Assembly: GCA_045542075.1 (NCBI GenBank)
Contig: JAZQKI010000047.1
Span: forward strand, 10,559-74,558
Length of the DNA: 64,000 bases
From: Eubacteriales bacterium
GTDB taxonomy: Bacteria > Bacillota > Clostridia > Oscillospirales > CAG-272
Direction: 5' to 3'
In this document: in pieces, positions 27,389-36,507 of the stretch
How the letters are laid out: every line of letters begins with the position of its first letter
Position numbering within the stretch: the first letter of the stretch is position 1
Translations under genes and position numbers: made by a program
Notes under the pieces: model-generated
Seen by the model: the letters and a program-made list of their open reading frames with translations, nothing else
Told to the model about the DNA's origin: nothing
The model's database searches: none

Positions 27389-28141
27389 TTATTGCTCGTA
27401 TTCTATCTGAATTGCGCCAAGGTTGTTCTCGCCCTTGATGATAAGCTTGGGGCCGCTGGGGTTGCCGCCGTCAATATCCGCGTTAACACCGCCGAGGCTG
27501 TTGTCAATATCGTGAATATAGCTCCAGCTTGACGGAACGTAAATTTTTGTCGCTCCAAGATTGTTCTCAACGTGCAGAATGCCTCCGCCCTGATATTCAT
27601 CTGCGTTTTCAAAATGTATAGAAAGCGCGCCAAGATTATTTTCAAACCATTCCTCTGTAAAATCCGAAGAATCTATGTATTTTTCAGCTGATGTAAAGGA
27701 GGATTCGTTTGTTTTGGCGGAAGAATATTCCTCGTGTTTTGTGGAGTAGGATCTTCCTGTTTTATGAACCACTCTGAATTTTTTGCGCTTTTTCTTTCTG
27801 ATTCCCGACATGAGAGTTGAAACTCCTATCCACAACAGCGCCGCACAGCCGAAAACAAGGCCGTTATGCAAAAAGTCGGGATTGTCAAGACCGCAAACGT
27901 ACGCTATATTTTTCTCGATTATCATAAAGATAAAGGCAAGTGGAATGAATATCTCACCTATCTTACCGCGAACAAGTCTCTCTATTACCCACGAAAGCAA
28001 CAGAAGCACGCCCACTATAGCAATAAAGGATATTTCACCCACGACACTTTCAAGCGGCGGAACAACGCCTATTGCATTAAGGATAAGCGCAACCGCCAGT
28101 AATATAAAGCCTAAGCCCCAAAATATTTTCCAAGCCTTCAT
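27389..28141 (-). CDS. membrane protein with LiaF/DUF2154-like C-terminal domain
   Basis: Four N-terminal TM helices. The C-terminal repeats NNLGALSIHF / NNLGATKIYV / NSLGGVNADI / NNLGAIQIEY resemble the LiaF-type beta domain. Confidence 0.65.
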   Translation of the reverse strand: MKAWKIFWGLGFILLAVALILNAIGVVPPLESVVGEISFIAIVGVLLLLSWVIERLVRGKIGEIFIPLAFIFMIIEKNIAYVCGLDNPDFLHNGLVFGCAALLWIGVSTLMSGIRKKKRKKFRVVHKTGRSYSTKHEEYSSAKTNESSFTSAEKYIDSSDFTEEWFENNLGALSIHFENADEYQGGGILHVENNLGATKIYVPSSWSYIHDIDNSLGGVNADIDGGNPSGPKLIIKGENNLGAIQIEYEQ

Positions 28142-28596
28142 TTTCCTAACCTCATTTCGTCTATTTTATCTCTTAAAATCTTATAGTAGCCGCGCGAAAA
28201 ATACGTCTTTTTCTCACAACCCTTGAAGGTTATCTCGCCCGTTCCCACCACGTCACGTCTGAGCGAGGATATTTTCATTACGTTTGCGATGGTTGACTTT
28301 GATATTCTCGCAAAATGCGGCGGCAGTACAGCTTCAAGCTCAAAGAGCTTGCGGTCGGTAGTAAACATACGCTCACGGGTATGCGCGTAAACCTTACCGT
28401 TGCCGGACTCAAAAAACAATATATCGTCTGTTGGCACGTAATATTCCGCGCCCGACAGATACAACAGCATCTCCTGATGACTCAGAATAAGCCTTTCAAG
28501 AGCCGTCTCAATGCTCTTGATTTTCTCCGTCCTTTGAGGACAGCGGATTATTATTTCTTCCTGTCCGTCCTCGGAGATCTCGGTTCTTATCTTCAA
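28138..28596 (-). CDS. stand-alone LytTR-domain DNA-binding protein (no receiver domain)
   Basis: LytTR pattern (ILFFESGNGKVYAHT...F.RISKS.I.N). Apparent TTG start 7 nt after a GGGGG run. The stop overlaps the downstream start (ATGA). Confidence 0.8.
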   Translation of the reverse strand: MKIRTEISEDGQEEIIIRCPQRTEKIKSIETALERLILSHQEMLLYLSGAEYYVPTDDILFFESGNGKVYAHTRERMFTTDRKLFELEAVLPPHFARISKSTIANVMKISSLRRDVVGTGEITFKGCEKKTYFSRGYYKILRDKIDEMRLGK

Positions 28597-28832
28597 GTCC
28601 TTGCCCCCTTCCTTGCTGATTACAAGATTATTTTAGCATTTTTTCCCGATTTTGTAAAGTGGTTTATACCAAGTGGTAGATTTTAGAGCATAAAATGCAG
28701 GATTTTGATTTATTAAATCTTCTTATGCCCTTTTTCCGGATAGTTTTTGAAATGAGGGAGAGTGTTGTCACTTGCAAGCAAGTGACGCGAGTTTTCTGCC
28801 TTTGACATAAAACGTCGTCGTGCTACGCACGA

Positions 28833-28874
28833 GGAGGGGAGAGAAACTTTTTCCAAAAAGTTTCTCTCCCCTCC
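28833..28874. repeat. perfect 20-bp-stem palindrome 14 nt after prmA stop
   Basis: GGAGGGGAGAGAAACTTTTT-CC-AAAAAGTTTCTCTCCCCTCC. Confidence 0.7.
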
Positions 28875-28888
28875 CTGCATATTCCCTC

Positions 28889-29848
28889 TTATCTCAACAT
28901 AACCGCCAGAGCGCACCAGCCGTTATCCTCTGCTTTTTCGACTATTTTGAAGCCGTTTGCCTCAAAGCAGGACACAACGTCGTCACATCTCTCGCAGATT
29001 ATTCCCGAAGCCAAAAGCACGGTATTTTTATTCATAAAATCCGATACGTCGGGTGTCATACGAATGATTATATCTGCTACGATATTGGCGCAAACTATAT
29101 TATAACCGCCCGCCATTTTGTATGCTTGCTTTAGCAGGTCGGACTGCTCGCAGACTATTCTGCCCTCAAGTCCGCTGTCCTTGATATTTTCATTTGCGAC
29201 TCGGACTGACATAGGGTCTATGTCGTACGCATAGCACTCTCCCGCTCCGAGCTTTGCGCCGCAGATGGCAAGTATTCCGCTTCCCGTTCCCACGTCAAGC
29301 AGACTGTCGCCCGCCTTTACGTATTTCTGAAGCAGACCTATAATAAGTCTTGTAGTCTCGTGAGTGCCTGTTCCGAATGCCATACCGGGATCCATTGTAA
29401 CGATTATCTCGCCGTCCTGCGCCTCATACTTCTCCCATGCGGGAACGATGACGATCTTGCCTATCTTGAAAGGCTTATAGTACGCCTTCCAGGAATTTGC
29501 CCAGTCCTCCTCGCACACGCCCACGACCTCAATTTTCGCGTCGTCAAAGGAATTTGCCGAAAGTCTGTCCTTCAAAAATGACAGATCATCGGAAAGATTG
29601 CTTCCCTTTTCAACAAAATAGGAAACTGACGCGTGGCTCTTGTCGGCGTTCAGGATGCTCTCGTCGATAAGATCACCGTAGCAGGTCTTAAGGTCTATAT
29701 CGCTGAAATCCTCTATCATAAGGTTTGAATTTATCATACTCATTACCGCAACGAGTCTGTCAAGCTCCTCTGTTTTTACGGTCACCTTTATCTGCGACCA
29801 TTCGGTTACCTCACCGAAATCGCCGCATATATAATCTTTATCGGTCAT
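28889..29848 (-). CDS. prmA: ribosomal protein L11 methyltransferase
   Basis: SAM motif LLDVGTGSGILA, GTGTHETT, and position after dnaJ. Confidence 0.9.
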   Translation of the reverse strand: MTDKDYICGDFGEVTEWSQIKVTVKTEELDRLVAVMSMINSNLMIEDFSDIDLKTCYGDLIDESILNADKSHASVSYFVEKGSNLSDDLSFLKDRLSANSFDDAKIEVVGVCEEDWANSWKAYYKPFKIGKIVIVPAWEKYEAQDGEIIVTMDPGMAFGTGTHETTRLIIGLLQKYVKAGDSLLDVGTGSGILAICGAKLGAGECYAYDIDPMSVRVANENIKDSGLEGRIVCEQSDLLKQAYKMAGGYNIVCANIVADIIIRMTPDVSDFMNKNTVLLASGIICERCDDVVSCFEANGFKIVEKAEDNGWCALAVMLR

Positions 29849-29863
29849 AATTTACCTTCCAAT

Positions 29864-30985
29864 TTATTTTTTCTTGAAGAATTTGCCCTTCTTTGTGTAG
29901 TTATTCTCTCCACACGCGTCGGCGAACTTATAAAGCAGCTCTCTCTGCTTTTCGCTCAGTCCCTTGGGGACCTCAACTATTGCCTTGAAAATAAGGTCGC
30001 CTCTGCCCTTGGAATTCACCATAGGCACACCGCGTCCCTTGAGCGTGAAGGTCGTTCCGTACTGTGTGCCCTCGGGGAGATTGTACTTTTCTCTGCCCTC
30101 AAGCGTGGGGATCTCTATTTCCGCTCCAAGCGTTGCCTCAACTATAGTAACAGGTACGTCACAATAGAGATTGTATCCCTGACGGTTGAACGTGGGACTC
30201 TTTCTGACGCTTACCATTACAAGCACGTCGCCTGCGGGTCCGCCGTTTCTGCCGTCGTTACCCTCGCCACGAACCACAAGTCCCTTGCCGTGATCAATAC
30301 CTGCGGGAATGGTTATGTTGATCCTCTTGTGCTCTCGATCAAATCCGCTTCCGCGACAGGACTTACAAGGATTTTTGATGTATTTACCCGTACCTCTGCA
30401 CGTGTCACACGTGCCTGTGGTCTGGAACTGCATTCCGCCAAGATTCTGCACTCTGCGCACCTGTCCCGAGCCGCGACACGTGGGACAAGTCTCTACTGTG
30501 CCACTCTCCGAGCCGCTGCCCTTACACGCCGAGCATCTGCACTGACGGGTAAAGCTTATCTCCTTTTTACAGCCAAAGACTGCCTCCTCAAAGTTTATTG
30601 TGATATTTATCTCGATATCCTCACCCTTTGTAGGCGCGTTGCGGTTCTGACGCGCTCCGCCGCCAAAGCCACCGCCGAAAAAGCTTCCGAAAATATCCCC
30701 GAGATCCACGTCAAAGCCACCAAATCCCCCGTATCCTCCGCCTGCGCCTGACGTGGGGTCAAACGCAGCGTGACCGAACTGGTCGTATTTTGCCTTCTTA
30801 TCAGGGTCGGAAAGCACCTCGTAAGCCTCGTTGGCTTCCTTGAACTTTGCCTCCGCCTCGGCATTGCCGGGGTTCATATCGGGATGGTATTTTTTTGCGA
30901 GGTTTCTGTACGCCTTTTTTATGTCTGCGTCGCTTGCGCCCTTTGAGACGCCAAGCACCTCATAATAATCTCTTTTGTCTGCCAT
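29864..30985 (-). CDS. dnaJ: molecular chaperone DnaJ
   Basis: J-domain HPD, G/F-rich region, four CxxCxGxG zinc motifs. ATG 30985 has GGAGAG upstream. Confidence 0.95.
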   Translation of the reverse strand: MADKRDYYEVLGVSKGASDADIKKAYRNLAKKYHPDMNPGNAEAEAKFKEANEAYEVLSDPDKKAKYDQFGHAAFDPTSGAGGGYGGFGGFDVDLGDIFGSFFGGGFGGGARQNRNAPTKGEDIEINITINFEEAVFGCKKEISFTRQCRCSACKGSGSESGTVETCPTCRGSGQVRRVQNLGGMQFQTTGTCDTCRGTGKYIKNPCKSCRGSGFDREHKRINITIPAGIDHGKGLVVRGEGNDGRNGGPAGDVLVMVSVRKSPTFNRQGYNLYCDVPVTIVEATLGAEIEIPTLEGREKYNLPEGTQYGTTFTLKGRGVPMVNSKGRGDLIFKAIVEVPKGLSEKQRELLYKFADACGENNYTKKGKFFKKK

Positions 30986-31010
30986 ATTTCTCTCCATACG
31001 TTGTAAATCT

Positions 31011-31068
31011 GTAGGGGCTATTCACGAATATCCCATTTTTTCTGCAGGTGCTCGTGAACCGCCCCTAC
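31011..31068. repeat. GC-rich REP-like palindrome in dnaK-dnaJ spacer
   Basis: GTAGGGGCTATTCACGA-N24-TCGTGAACCGCCCCTAC (15 of 17 pairs). Confidence 0.7.
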
Positions 31069-31095
31069 ACATTTACGTATATATAAACTCATTTG

Positions 31096-31121
31096 GCGGG
31101 AAGGGCAAATACCCTTCCCGC
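31096..31121 (-). terminator. GC-rich hairpin just after dnaK stop (possible partial terminator)
   Basis: GCGGGAAGGG-CAAATA-CCCTTCCCGC, a perfect 10-bp stem. No clean U-tract. Confidence 0.5.
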
Positions 31122-31134
31122 GTGGTTGTTTCAA

Positions 31135-32964
31135 TTATTTGTTGTCGCTGTTGTCCTCGTAGCTTGCGTCGTAGAACTGACCGTCTCCGCCCTGCTGAGC
31201 GTTAGGATCAAAGCCCTGTCCCTGCGCGCCTGCCTGCTGCTGATAGAGCTTCTCGGAAACCTTGTAGAACGCCTTTTCAACCGCCTCGGTATCAGCCTTG
31301 ATTGCCTCGGTATTGTTCGTCTTTACTGTCTCCTTGAGCTTATCTATTGCAGACTGAATATCAGCCTTATCTGCGGCATCGATCTTGTCACCAAGCTCGC
31401 CAAGTGTCTTTTCGCACTGGAATATCATGGAGTCTGCTCTGTTCTTTACGTCGACGGCTTCCTTCTGCTTTTTGTCCTCCTCAGCAAACTTTTCAGCATC
31501 CTTTACTGCCTTCTCAATGTCTTCCTTGGACATGTTGGTGGAGGAAGTAATTGTGATGTGCTGCTCCTTGCCTGTGCCCTTGTCCTGAGCGGTAACGTTT
31601 ACGATACCGTTAGCATCGATATCAAATGTGACCTCGATCTGAGGAATTCCACGGGGTGCGGGAGCGATACCGTCAAGCACGAAGCGTCCGAGAGTTGTGT
31701 TATAAGCCGCCATTTCACGCTCGCCCTGAAGAACGTGGATCTCAACAGACGTCTGACCGTCAGCCGCTGTGGAGTAGATCTGGCTCTTCTTTACGGGGAT
31801 AGTGGTGTTTCTGTCAATAATTCTGTTAAATACACCGCCCATGGTCTCGATACCGAGAGAAAGGGGGGTTACGTCGAGAAGGAGAAGGTCCTTAACGTCG
31901 CCACCGAGAACGCCGCCCTGAATAGCCGCGCCGACTGCTACGCACTCATCGGGGTTGATACCCTTGAAGGGCTCCTTGCCGATGAACTTCTTAACTGCTT
32001 CCTGAACCGCGGGGATTCTTGTGGAACCGCCTACGAGAAGCACCTTATCGATCTGAGACGTGGAGAGTCCGGAATCACGGAGAACCTGCTTTGTGGGGCC
32101 CATTGTGGACTCAACGAGGTCGGATGTGATTCTATCGAATTCCGCTCTTGTGAGTGTTGCCTCAAAGTGGAGAGGTCCGTCAGCAGTAGCTGTAATGAAA
32201 GGAAGGTTGATCTCTGCCGTGGTCATGCCCGAAAGCTCGATCTTTGCCTTTTCAGCCGCATCCTTAAGTCTCTGAAGAACCATCTTGTCGCGGCGAAGGT
32301 CAACGCCGTTTTCTCTCTGGAACTTGTCTGCCATCCAGTCAATAATTCTCTGGTCAAAGTCGTCGCCGCCGAGCTTGTTGTTACCTGCGGTTGCGAGAAC
32401 CTCAAATACTCCGTCGGAGATCTCAAGAAGAGATACGTCGAACGTACCGCCGCCAAGGTCGAATACCATGATCTTCTGGTCGTTGTCCTTATCTACGCCA
32501 AACGCGAGAGCTGCCGCAGTGGGCTCGTTGATAATTCTCTTAACCTCAAGTCCCGCAATTCTGCCCGCATCCTTGGTTGCCTGTCTCTGCGCGTCGGTAA
32601 AGTACGCGGGAACGGTAATTACCGCCTCGGTAACAGGTGCGCCGAGGTAGCTCTCTGCGTCTGCCTTGAGCTTCTGGAGAATCATTGCAGAGATCTCCTG
32701 GGGTGTGTATGTCTTGCCGTCAATAGTTACCTTCTTGTCAGTACCCATATCTCTCTTGATGGAGATAACAGTTCTGTCGGGGTTTGTGATGGACTGTCTC
32801 TTTGCGACCTGTCCTACCATTCTCTCGCCTGTCTTTGAGAATGCTACTACCGAAGGTGTTGTTCTCGCGCCTTCGGGATTGGGTATAACGATGGGCTCGC
32901 TACCCTCGTAAACAGCTACGCAAGAGTTTGTTGTACCTAAGTCTATTCCTATAATCTTTCCCAT
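31135..32964 (-). CDS. dnaK: molecular chaperone DnaK
   Basis: [28 protein letters not shown], 609 aa. Confidence 0.98.
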   Translation of the reverse strand: MGKIIGIDLGTTNSCVAVYEGSEPIVIPNPEGARTTPSVVAFSKTGERMVGQVAKRQSITNPDRTVISIKRDMGTDKKVTIDGKTYTPQEISAMILQKLKADAESYLGAPVTEAVITVPAYFTDAQRQATKDAGRIAGLEVKRIINEPTAAALAFGVDKDNDQKIMVFDLGGGTFDVSLLEISDGVFEVLATAGNNKLGGDDFDQRIIDWMADKFQRENGVDLRRDKMVLQRLKDAAEKAKIELSGMTTAEINLPFITATADGPLHFEATLTRAEFDRITSDLVESTMGPTKQVLRDSGLSTSQIDKVLLVGGSTRIPAVQEAVKKFIGKEPFKGINPDECVAVGAAIQGGVLGGDVKDLLLLDVTPLSLGIETMGGVFNRIIDRNTTIPVKKSQIYSTAADGQTSVEIHVLQGEREMAAYNTTLGRFVLDGIAPAPRGIPQIEVTFDIDANGIVNVTAQDKGTGKEQHITITSSTNMSKEDIEKAVKDAEKFAEEDKKQKEAVDVKNRADSMIFQCEKTLGELGDKIDAADKADIQSAIDKLKETVKTNNTEAIKADTEAVEKAFYKVSEKLYQQQAGAQGQGFDPNAQQGGDGQFYDASYEDNSDNK

Positions 32965-33019
32965 AATAAATTTCCTCCTATGGTGTTTGTTTTATGTTTT
33001 TGATTTTGTTTTCTTCTTT

Positions 33020-33619
33020 TTAGTTTGCAACGCTTACCATTGCATATCTGAGTATCTTATCGCCCTTGGAATATCCCTTCTGGAATACGTCGACTATAAC
33101 GCCCTCCTCAAGGCTTTCGTCCTCAACGTGCATGACCGCGTTATGACGGTTGGGGTCAAACTGCTCGCCCTTCTCACCAAAGGACGTAACTCCCATCTTG
33201 GTGAGTGCATCAGCAGCGCTCTTGAGTATCATCTCAACTCCCTTAGAGACCTTCTCGGCATCCTTATATTCAGCCGCCTTCTCAAGATTGTCAATAATGG
33301 GGAGAATGGACTTGAGCGCATCCGCATAAGCATCAGCGTAGATGCCCTCCTTTTCCTTCGCGCTTCTCTTACGGAAGTTGTCGTACTCTGCCATCATGCG
33401 AAGATACTTGTCTGTCGTCTCCGCACATTCCTGAGTTTTTGCATCAAGGCTTTTCTGTGCCTCCGCAAGCTTTTTTTCAAGCTCCTTGACCTTTTTCTTT
33501 TCCGCCTTATCGGGCTTTGACGATTTTTCCTCGACTGTCTCTACAGTCTCCTCGACAGTCTCGGTATATTGTGTATCTTCTTTTATGTCATTCTCTTTTT
33601 CGTTGCTTTTGATTTCCAA
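33020..33619 (-). CDS. grpE: nucleotide exchange factor GrpE
   Basis: YLRMMAEYDNFRKR and FDPNRHNAV motifs. Apparent TTG start 10 nt after a GGAGG that sits in the hrcA 3' end. Confidence 0.9.
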   Translation of the reverse strand: MEIKSNEKENDIKEDTQYTETVEETVETVEEKSSKPDKAEKKKVKELEKKLAEAQKSLDAKTQECAETTDKYLRMMAEYDNFRKRSAKEKEGIYADAYADALKSILPIIDNLEKAAEYKDAEKVSKGVEMILKSAADALTKMGVTSFGEKGEQFDPNRHNAVMHVEDESLEEGVIVDVFQKGYSKGDKILRYAMVSVAN

Positions 33620-33621
33620 TT

Positions 33622-34719
33622 TCAGCTATCCTCCTTTTTATGATCATTCTCCTCGGTCTCGCCTATCTCAAGCGACATACCCTCGTTCAATACGCTTTCA
33701 ACGTTGTCCGTAAGTCCCTCAATTGTCGCAACTACCTTTGCGTAATCCATTCGTCTCGGACCTATAATACCTATCGCGCCGATTGTCTTTCCGTTTCTCA
33801 CAACGGGCTTGAATACCAGCGCGGAGTTGTTCATTACCTTTACTGAGGACTCAGAGCCAATAACCACGTTTATACCGTCTCTTTCGGGTGTGGATACGAG
33901 ATCAAGTATCTCATTCTTGCTCTCAAACACTCCAAGCAGCTCTCTGAGCTGATCCTTGTTGCTGTATTCGGGATATTGTAGCAACCTGTCCATACCGCTG
34001 ACCTTGAGGTCGCCGTCGTCAAGCTCGTTCATGCTCTCGTAAATTATCTTTATAATGGGACTGACGATATAAGCCTTATCTCCCATTGCAGCCTCAAGCT
34101 CCATAATTATAGGAAGCGTTATTTCATTTGCGGTAAGACCTGAGATATTGTCATTAAGCGCATTTGCAAGGTCACTTGCTGTCAGCTGACTTATCGAGCT
34201 TTCAAGCGATATTCTTTTTGTGCTGATGCTTCCCTGGTTGCTTATCATAACGAGCAGCAGGCTGTGCTTGTCGACGTATATTACGTCAAACCTCTTGATA
34301 CTCACGCTCGAAGCCTTGGGCTTTATAAGAAAGCTTGTATAGTTGGTAAGATTTCCCGCAAGCTTTGACGCGGTCAGAAGTATCTGATCAAGCTCGGTCA
34401 TCTTGGATTTGAGCAGCTTGTTTATCTCGGCTATTTCCCGAGTGGTCATTGAGTAGCTCTCAATAAGTGAGTCAACGTAAAATCTGTATCCCAACTCACT
34501 TGGCACTCGTCCCGACGAAGTGTGAGGCTGTTCGAGGTATCCCATCTCCTCAAGCTCTGCCATTTCATTACGAATGGTAGCAGACGAGCAGGTCAAGTGC
34601 TCACTCTGCATAATGTATTTCGACCCTACGGGCTCGCCCGCAGCTATATGCGCGTCAACTATGGTTTTGAGTATAAGTTTCTTTCTGTCACTTAGCTCTC
34701 CGCTCTTTTTGACTGCCAT
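33622..34719 (-). CDS. hrcA: heat-inducible transcription repressor HrcA
   Basis: N-terminal winged helix (LSDRKKLILKTIVD...PVGSK...SSATIRNEM). CIRCE lies upstream. ATG 34719 has AAGGGAGAG RBS. Confidence 0.9.
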   Translation of the reverse strand: MAVKKSGELSDRKKLILKTIVDAHIAAGEPVGSKYIMQSEHLTCSSATIRNEMAELEEMGYLEQPHTSSGRVPSELGYRFYVDSLIESYSMTTREIAEINKLLKSKMTELDQILLTASKLAGNLTNYTSFLIKPKASSVSIKRFDVIYVDKHSLLLVMISNQGSISTKRISLESSISQLTASDLANALNDNISGLTANEITLPIIMELEAAMGDKAYIVSPIIKIIYESMNELDDGDLKVSGMDRLLQYPEYSNKDQLRELLGVFESKNEILDLVSTPERDGINVVIGSESSVKVMNNSALVFKPVVRNGKTIGAIGIIGPRRMDYAKVVATIEGLTDNVESVLNEGMSLEIGETEENDHKKEDS

Positions 34720-34758
34720 TTCGCACTCTCCCTTTCCCGAATTTATCAAATCAAGATT

Positions 34759-34785
34759 TTAGCACTCGCATCAGTCAAGTGCTAA
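34759..34785 (-). promoter_or_regulatory. CIRCE operator (HrcA binding site)
   Basis: TTAGCACTC-N9-AAGTGCTAA versus consensus TTAGCACTC-N9-GAGTGCTAA (one mismatch). It lies between the hrcA promoter and the hrcA start. Confidence 0.85.
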
Positions 34786-34797
34786 CCTTACGCTATT

Positions 34798-34826
34798 AAT
34801 TTATCACTTTACTGTCATTTTGTCAA
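34798..34826 (-). promoter_or_regulatory. sigma-A promoter of hrcA operon
   Basis: Minus strand TTGACA-17 nt-TAAATT, immediately upstream of CIRCE. Confidence 0.7.
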
Positions 34827-34898
34827 CCCCCTTGGCATATTTTTTTGTGAACTTTCTGTAAACAGTGCTAATTTCGGGGGGAAATTTAGCAAAAACAA

Positions 34899-34937
34899 GG
34901 CTCTCCTGAAATTATTTTCCCAAGAGAGCCTTTTTTT
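34899..34937 (-). terminator. terminator at the end of the dlt-like operon
   Basis: GGCTCTC...GAGAGCC with A/T runs on both sides. Confidence 0.65.
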
Positions 34938-34952
34938 ATCCGTTTTATTATA

Positions 34953-35435
34953 TCATTCGAAGCTGTGATCGTAAATAATGGACGTCACCGCACCGTCGCG
35001 TATCACAAAGCTTAACGTGGTCTTATCCTTTACATATACTATTCCGTTGCTCTTTTCGGTGTACCCGTCGCCGTATGCCTTTATTACGTCGTCACGGCTT
35101 GAGCCTATAGTAATTCCCTCCGGAGTCGATACCGAATCGTTCGTGATGGTCACGGTATCAATATAGTCCTTGGAGTTATCGGGATAGGTCTGTATCTTGA
35201 AGCCGCTATATGAATACACCTTGCCAACCTCGTTGTTTCCGCAGCCGATATCCACCTCGTCGTATGAGCTTTCCTTACCAAGCGCGCTCAACGCGGCGGA
35301 TGAATCCTCGCCGGGTATTATCTCAACACTTCCCGATTTGAAAATATATTTCTCGACCTTACCTCCGTTGGAGCAGGACACGAGCATTATTCCTGCCGCC
35401 ATGATGGCAATAGCTAAAAGCAGTAGTCTTCTCAT
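34953..35435 (-). CDS. lipoprotein, hypothetical (last gene of dlt-like operon)
   Basis: Signal peptide with lipobox LVSC. Its start overlaps the upstream stop (ATGA). Confidence 0.65.
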   Translation of the reverse strand: MRRLLLLAIAIMAAGIMLVSCSNGGKVEKYIFKSGSVEIIPGEDSSAALSALGKESSYDEVDIGCGNNEVGKVYSYSGFKIQTYPDNSKDYIDTVTITNDSVSTPEGITIGSSRDDVIKAYGDGYTEKSNGIVYVKDKTTLSFVIRDGAVTSIIYDHSFE

Positions 35436-36496
35436 TTTTGATTCTCCTTCTCGTTCTTTTCATTATAGTATTGTTCAACCTTCCGGGCCCATACGTCAGC
35501 AGTATTTACTTTGTTCTTTTGGCTCTCAAGACCGTATTCAGATTGTAATATCTCACCGAAATATCTTGTGAGCTTTTCCGCGCCGTAGACGTTGAGATGC
35601 AGTCCTCTGTCGTAGGTGTCGGTGCTCCAGTCAAGCCCGATTTCTCTGTTCTCTATAAAATTATAGTAATCAAGAGAATTATCCTTTGCGTACTGTGAGA
35701 TCTGCTCGTCCCACTCGTCGTACCACCAGTAAGTTGAGGAGTTTGTTGGAGTCTTTATCAAAATCAGTGTCGCGCCGTTCCGCTCGCAAAGATCCTTCAT
35801 TTTATCAAGATATTCAAAGCATTCCTCGGGGAGCTTGTCATCGTAAAGCCTGTTTGTAGCCTCCGCCTCCTGCTCCTCAAAGCTTTTTTCCATAGCCCTG
35901 ATTCCCGTTTGCATAAGATATCCGTTGTGCGAGACTGTATCCCGCTTGAACATATACTTAAAGTCCTCCGACGATATTTCCTTCCATCGCGAGTGGTACC
36001 TAAGCAGCGGGAAATAATATGAGACTATATTTTCGTCCTCTGTCATTGACGCGAGTATTGACTTGTGCTTGATAGTGGAATTTTTCATTCCGTCAAGCGT
36101 CATGCGGTTGTATTCCTCCTTTTGCGGCTGACCGTATTTCATTGATAGCACGTTGAATACAACAATGTCGGGAGACTCATACTCAAAGCTTTCCTCAAGC
36201 AGATAATACGACTGCCATATAAGCTGCTGCGCGCTGCCGCGGATATACGACGTAATTCCGTATTCCTCCCAAAGCACGGGAGGCACGAATGACTCGTACA
36301 CCTCGCAGTCACCCACAAACAGCACCTGATGCTCTCTGCCTGACTCCACCTCGCTATAATACTCCGCAATCAGCGCGCCTTCCTTTGGCTCGCTCATATA
36401 TTTGGGCATCAATATCAGTGAGGCAAGGTGCAAAACGACCGTTGCGAGTATCACCGAGGTACACGCAAATATTGTTATTTTTATTCCTTTACGCAT
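35432..36496 (-). CDS. membrane-anchored SGNH/DltD-like protein
   Basis: N-terminal TM. Block-I-like VLFVGDCEVYE and block-V-like DRGLHLN. Sits downstream of an MBOAT, as dltD does. Confidence 0.7.
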   Translation of the reverse strand: MRKGIKITIFACTSVILATVVLHLASLILMPKYMSEPKEGALIAEYYSEVESGREHQVLFVGDCEVYESFVPPVLWEEYGITSYIRGSAQQLIWQSYYLLEESFEYESPDIVVFNVLSMKYGQPQKEEYNRMTLDGMKNSTIKHKSILASMTEDENIVSYYFPLLRYHSRWKEISSEDFKYMFKRDTVSHNGYLMQTGIRAMEKSFEEQEAEATNRLYDDKLPEECFEYLDKMKDLCERNGATLILIKTPTNSSTYWWYDEWDEQISQYAKDNSLDYYNFIENREIGLDWSTDTYDRGLHLNVYGAEKLTRYFGEILQSEYGLESQKNKVNTADVWARKVEQYYNEKNEKENQK

Positions 36497-36507
36497 TATT
36501 TTAATCC

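Noticed and set aside
31093-32838. A 581-aa ORF antisense to dnaK. Similar long antisense ORFs lie opposite tig (2041..2904), clpX (4395..5324), the PucR gene (10079..11143), galE (22687..23742), dxs (50005..50826) and the GH-like gene (61358..62332).
   Set aside because: Each lies wholly inside a strongly supported gene on the other strand. None has an RBS or promoter, and their composition is odd (Leu/Val/Cys/Ser-rich). Long stop-free antisense frames are the known by-product of codon bias, classically noted for dnaK/hsp70.
34865-34891. A second CIRCE-like inverted repeat, GTGCTAATTTC-N4-GAAATTTAGCA, upstream of the hrcA promoter.
   Set aside because: The half-sites are in the wrong relative orientation (GCTAA...TTAGC outward rather than TTAGCACTC...GAGTGCTAA). 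The spacing is wrong and the arms are imperfect.
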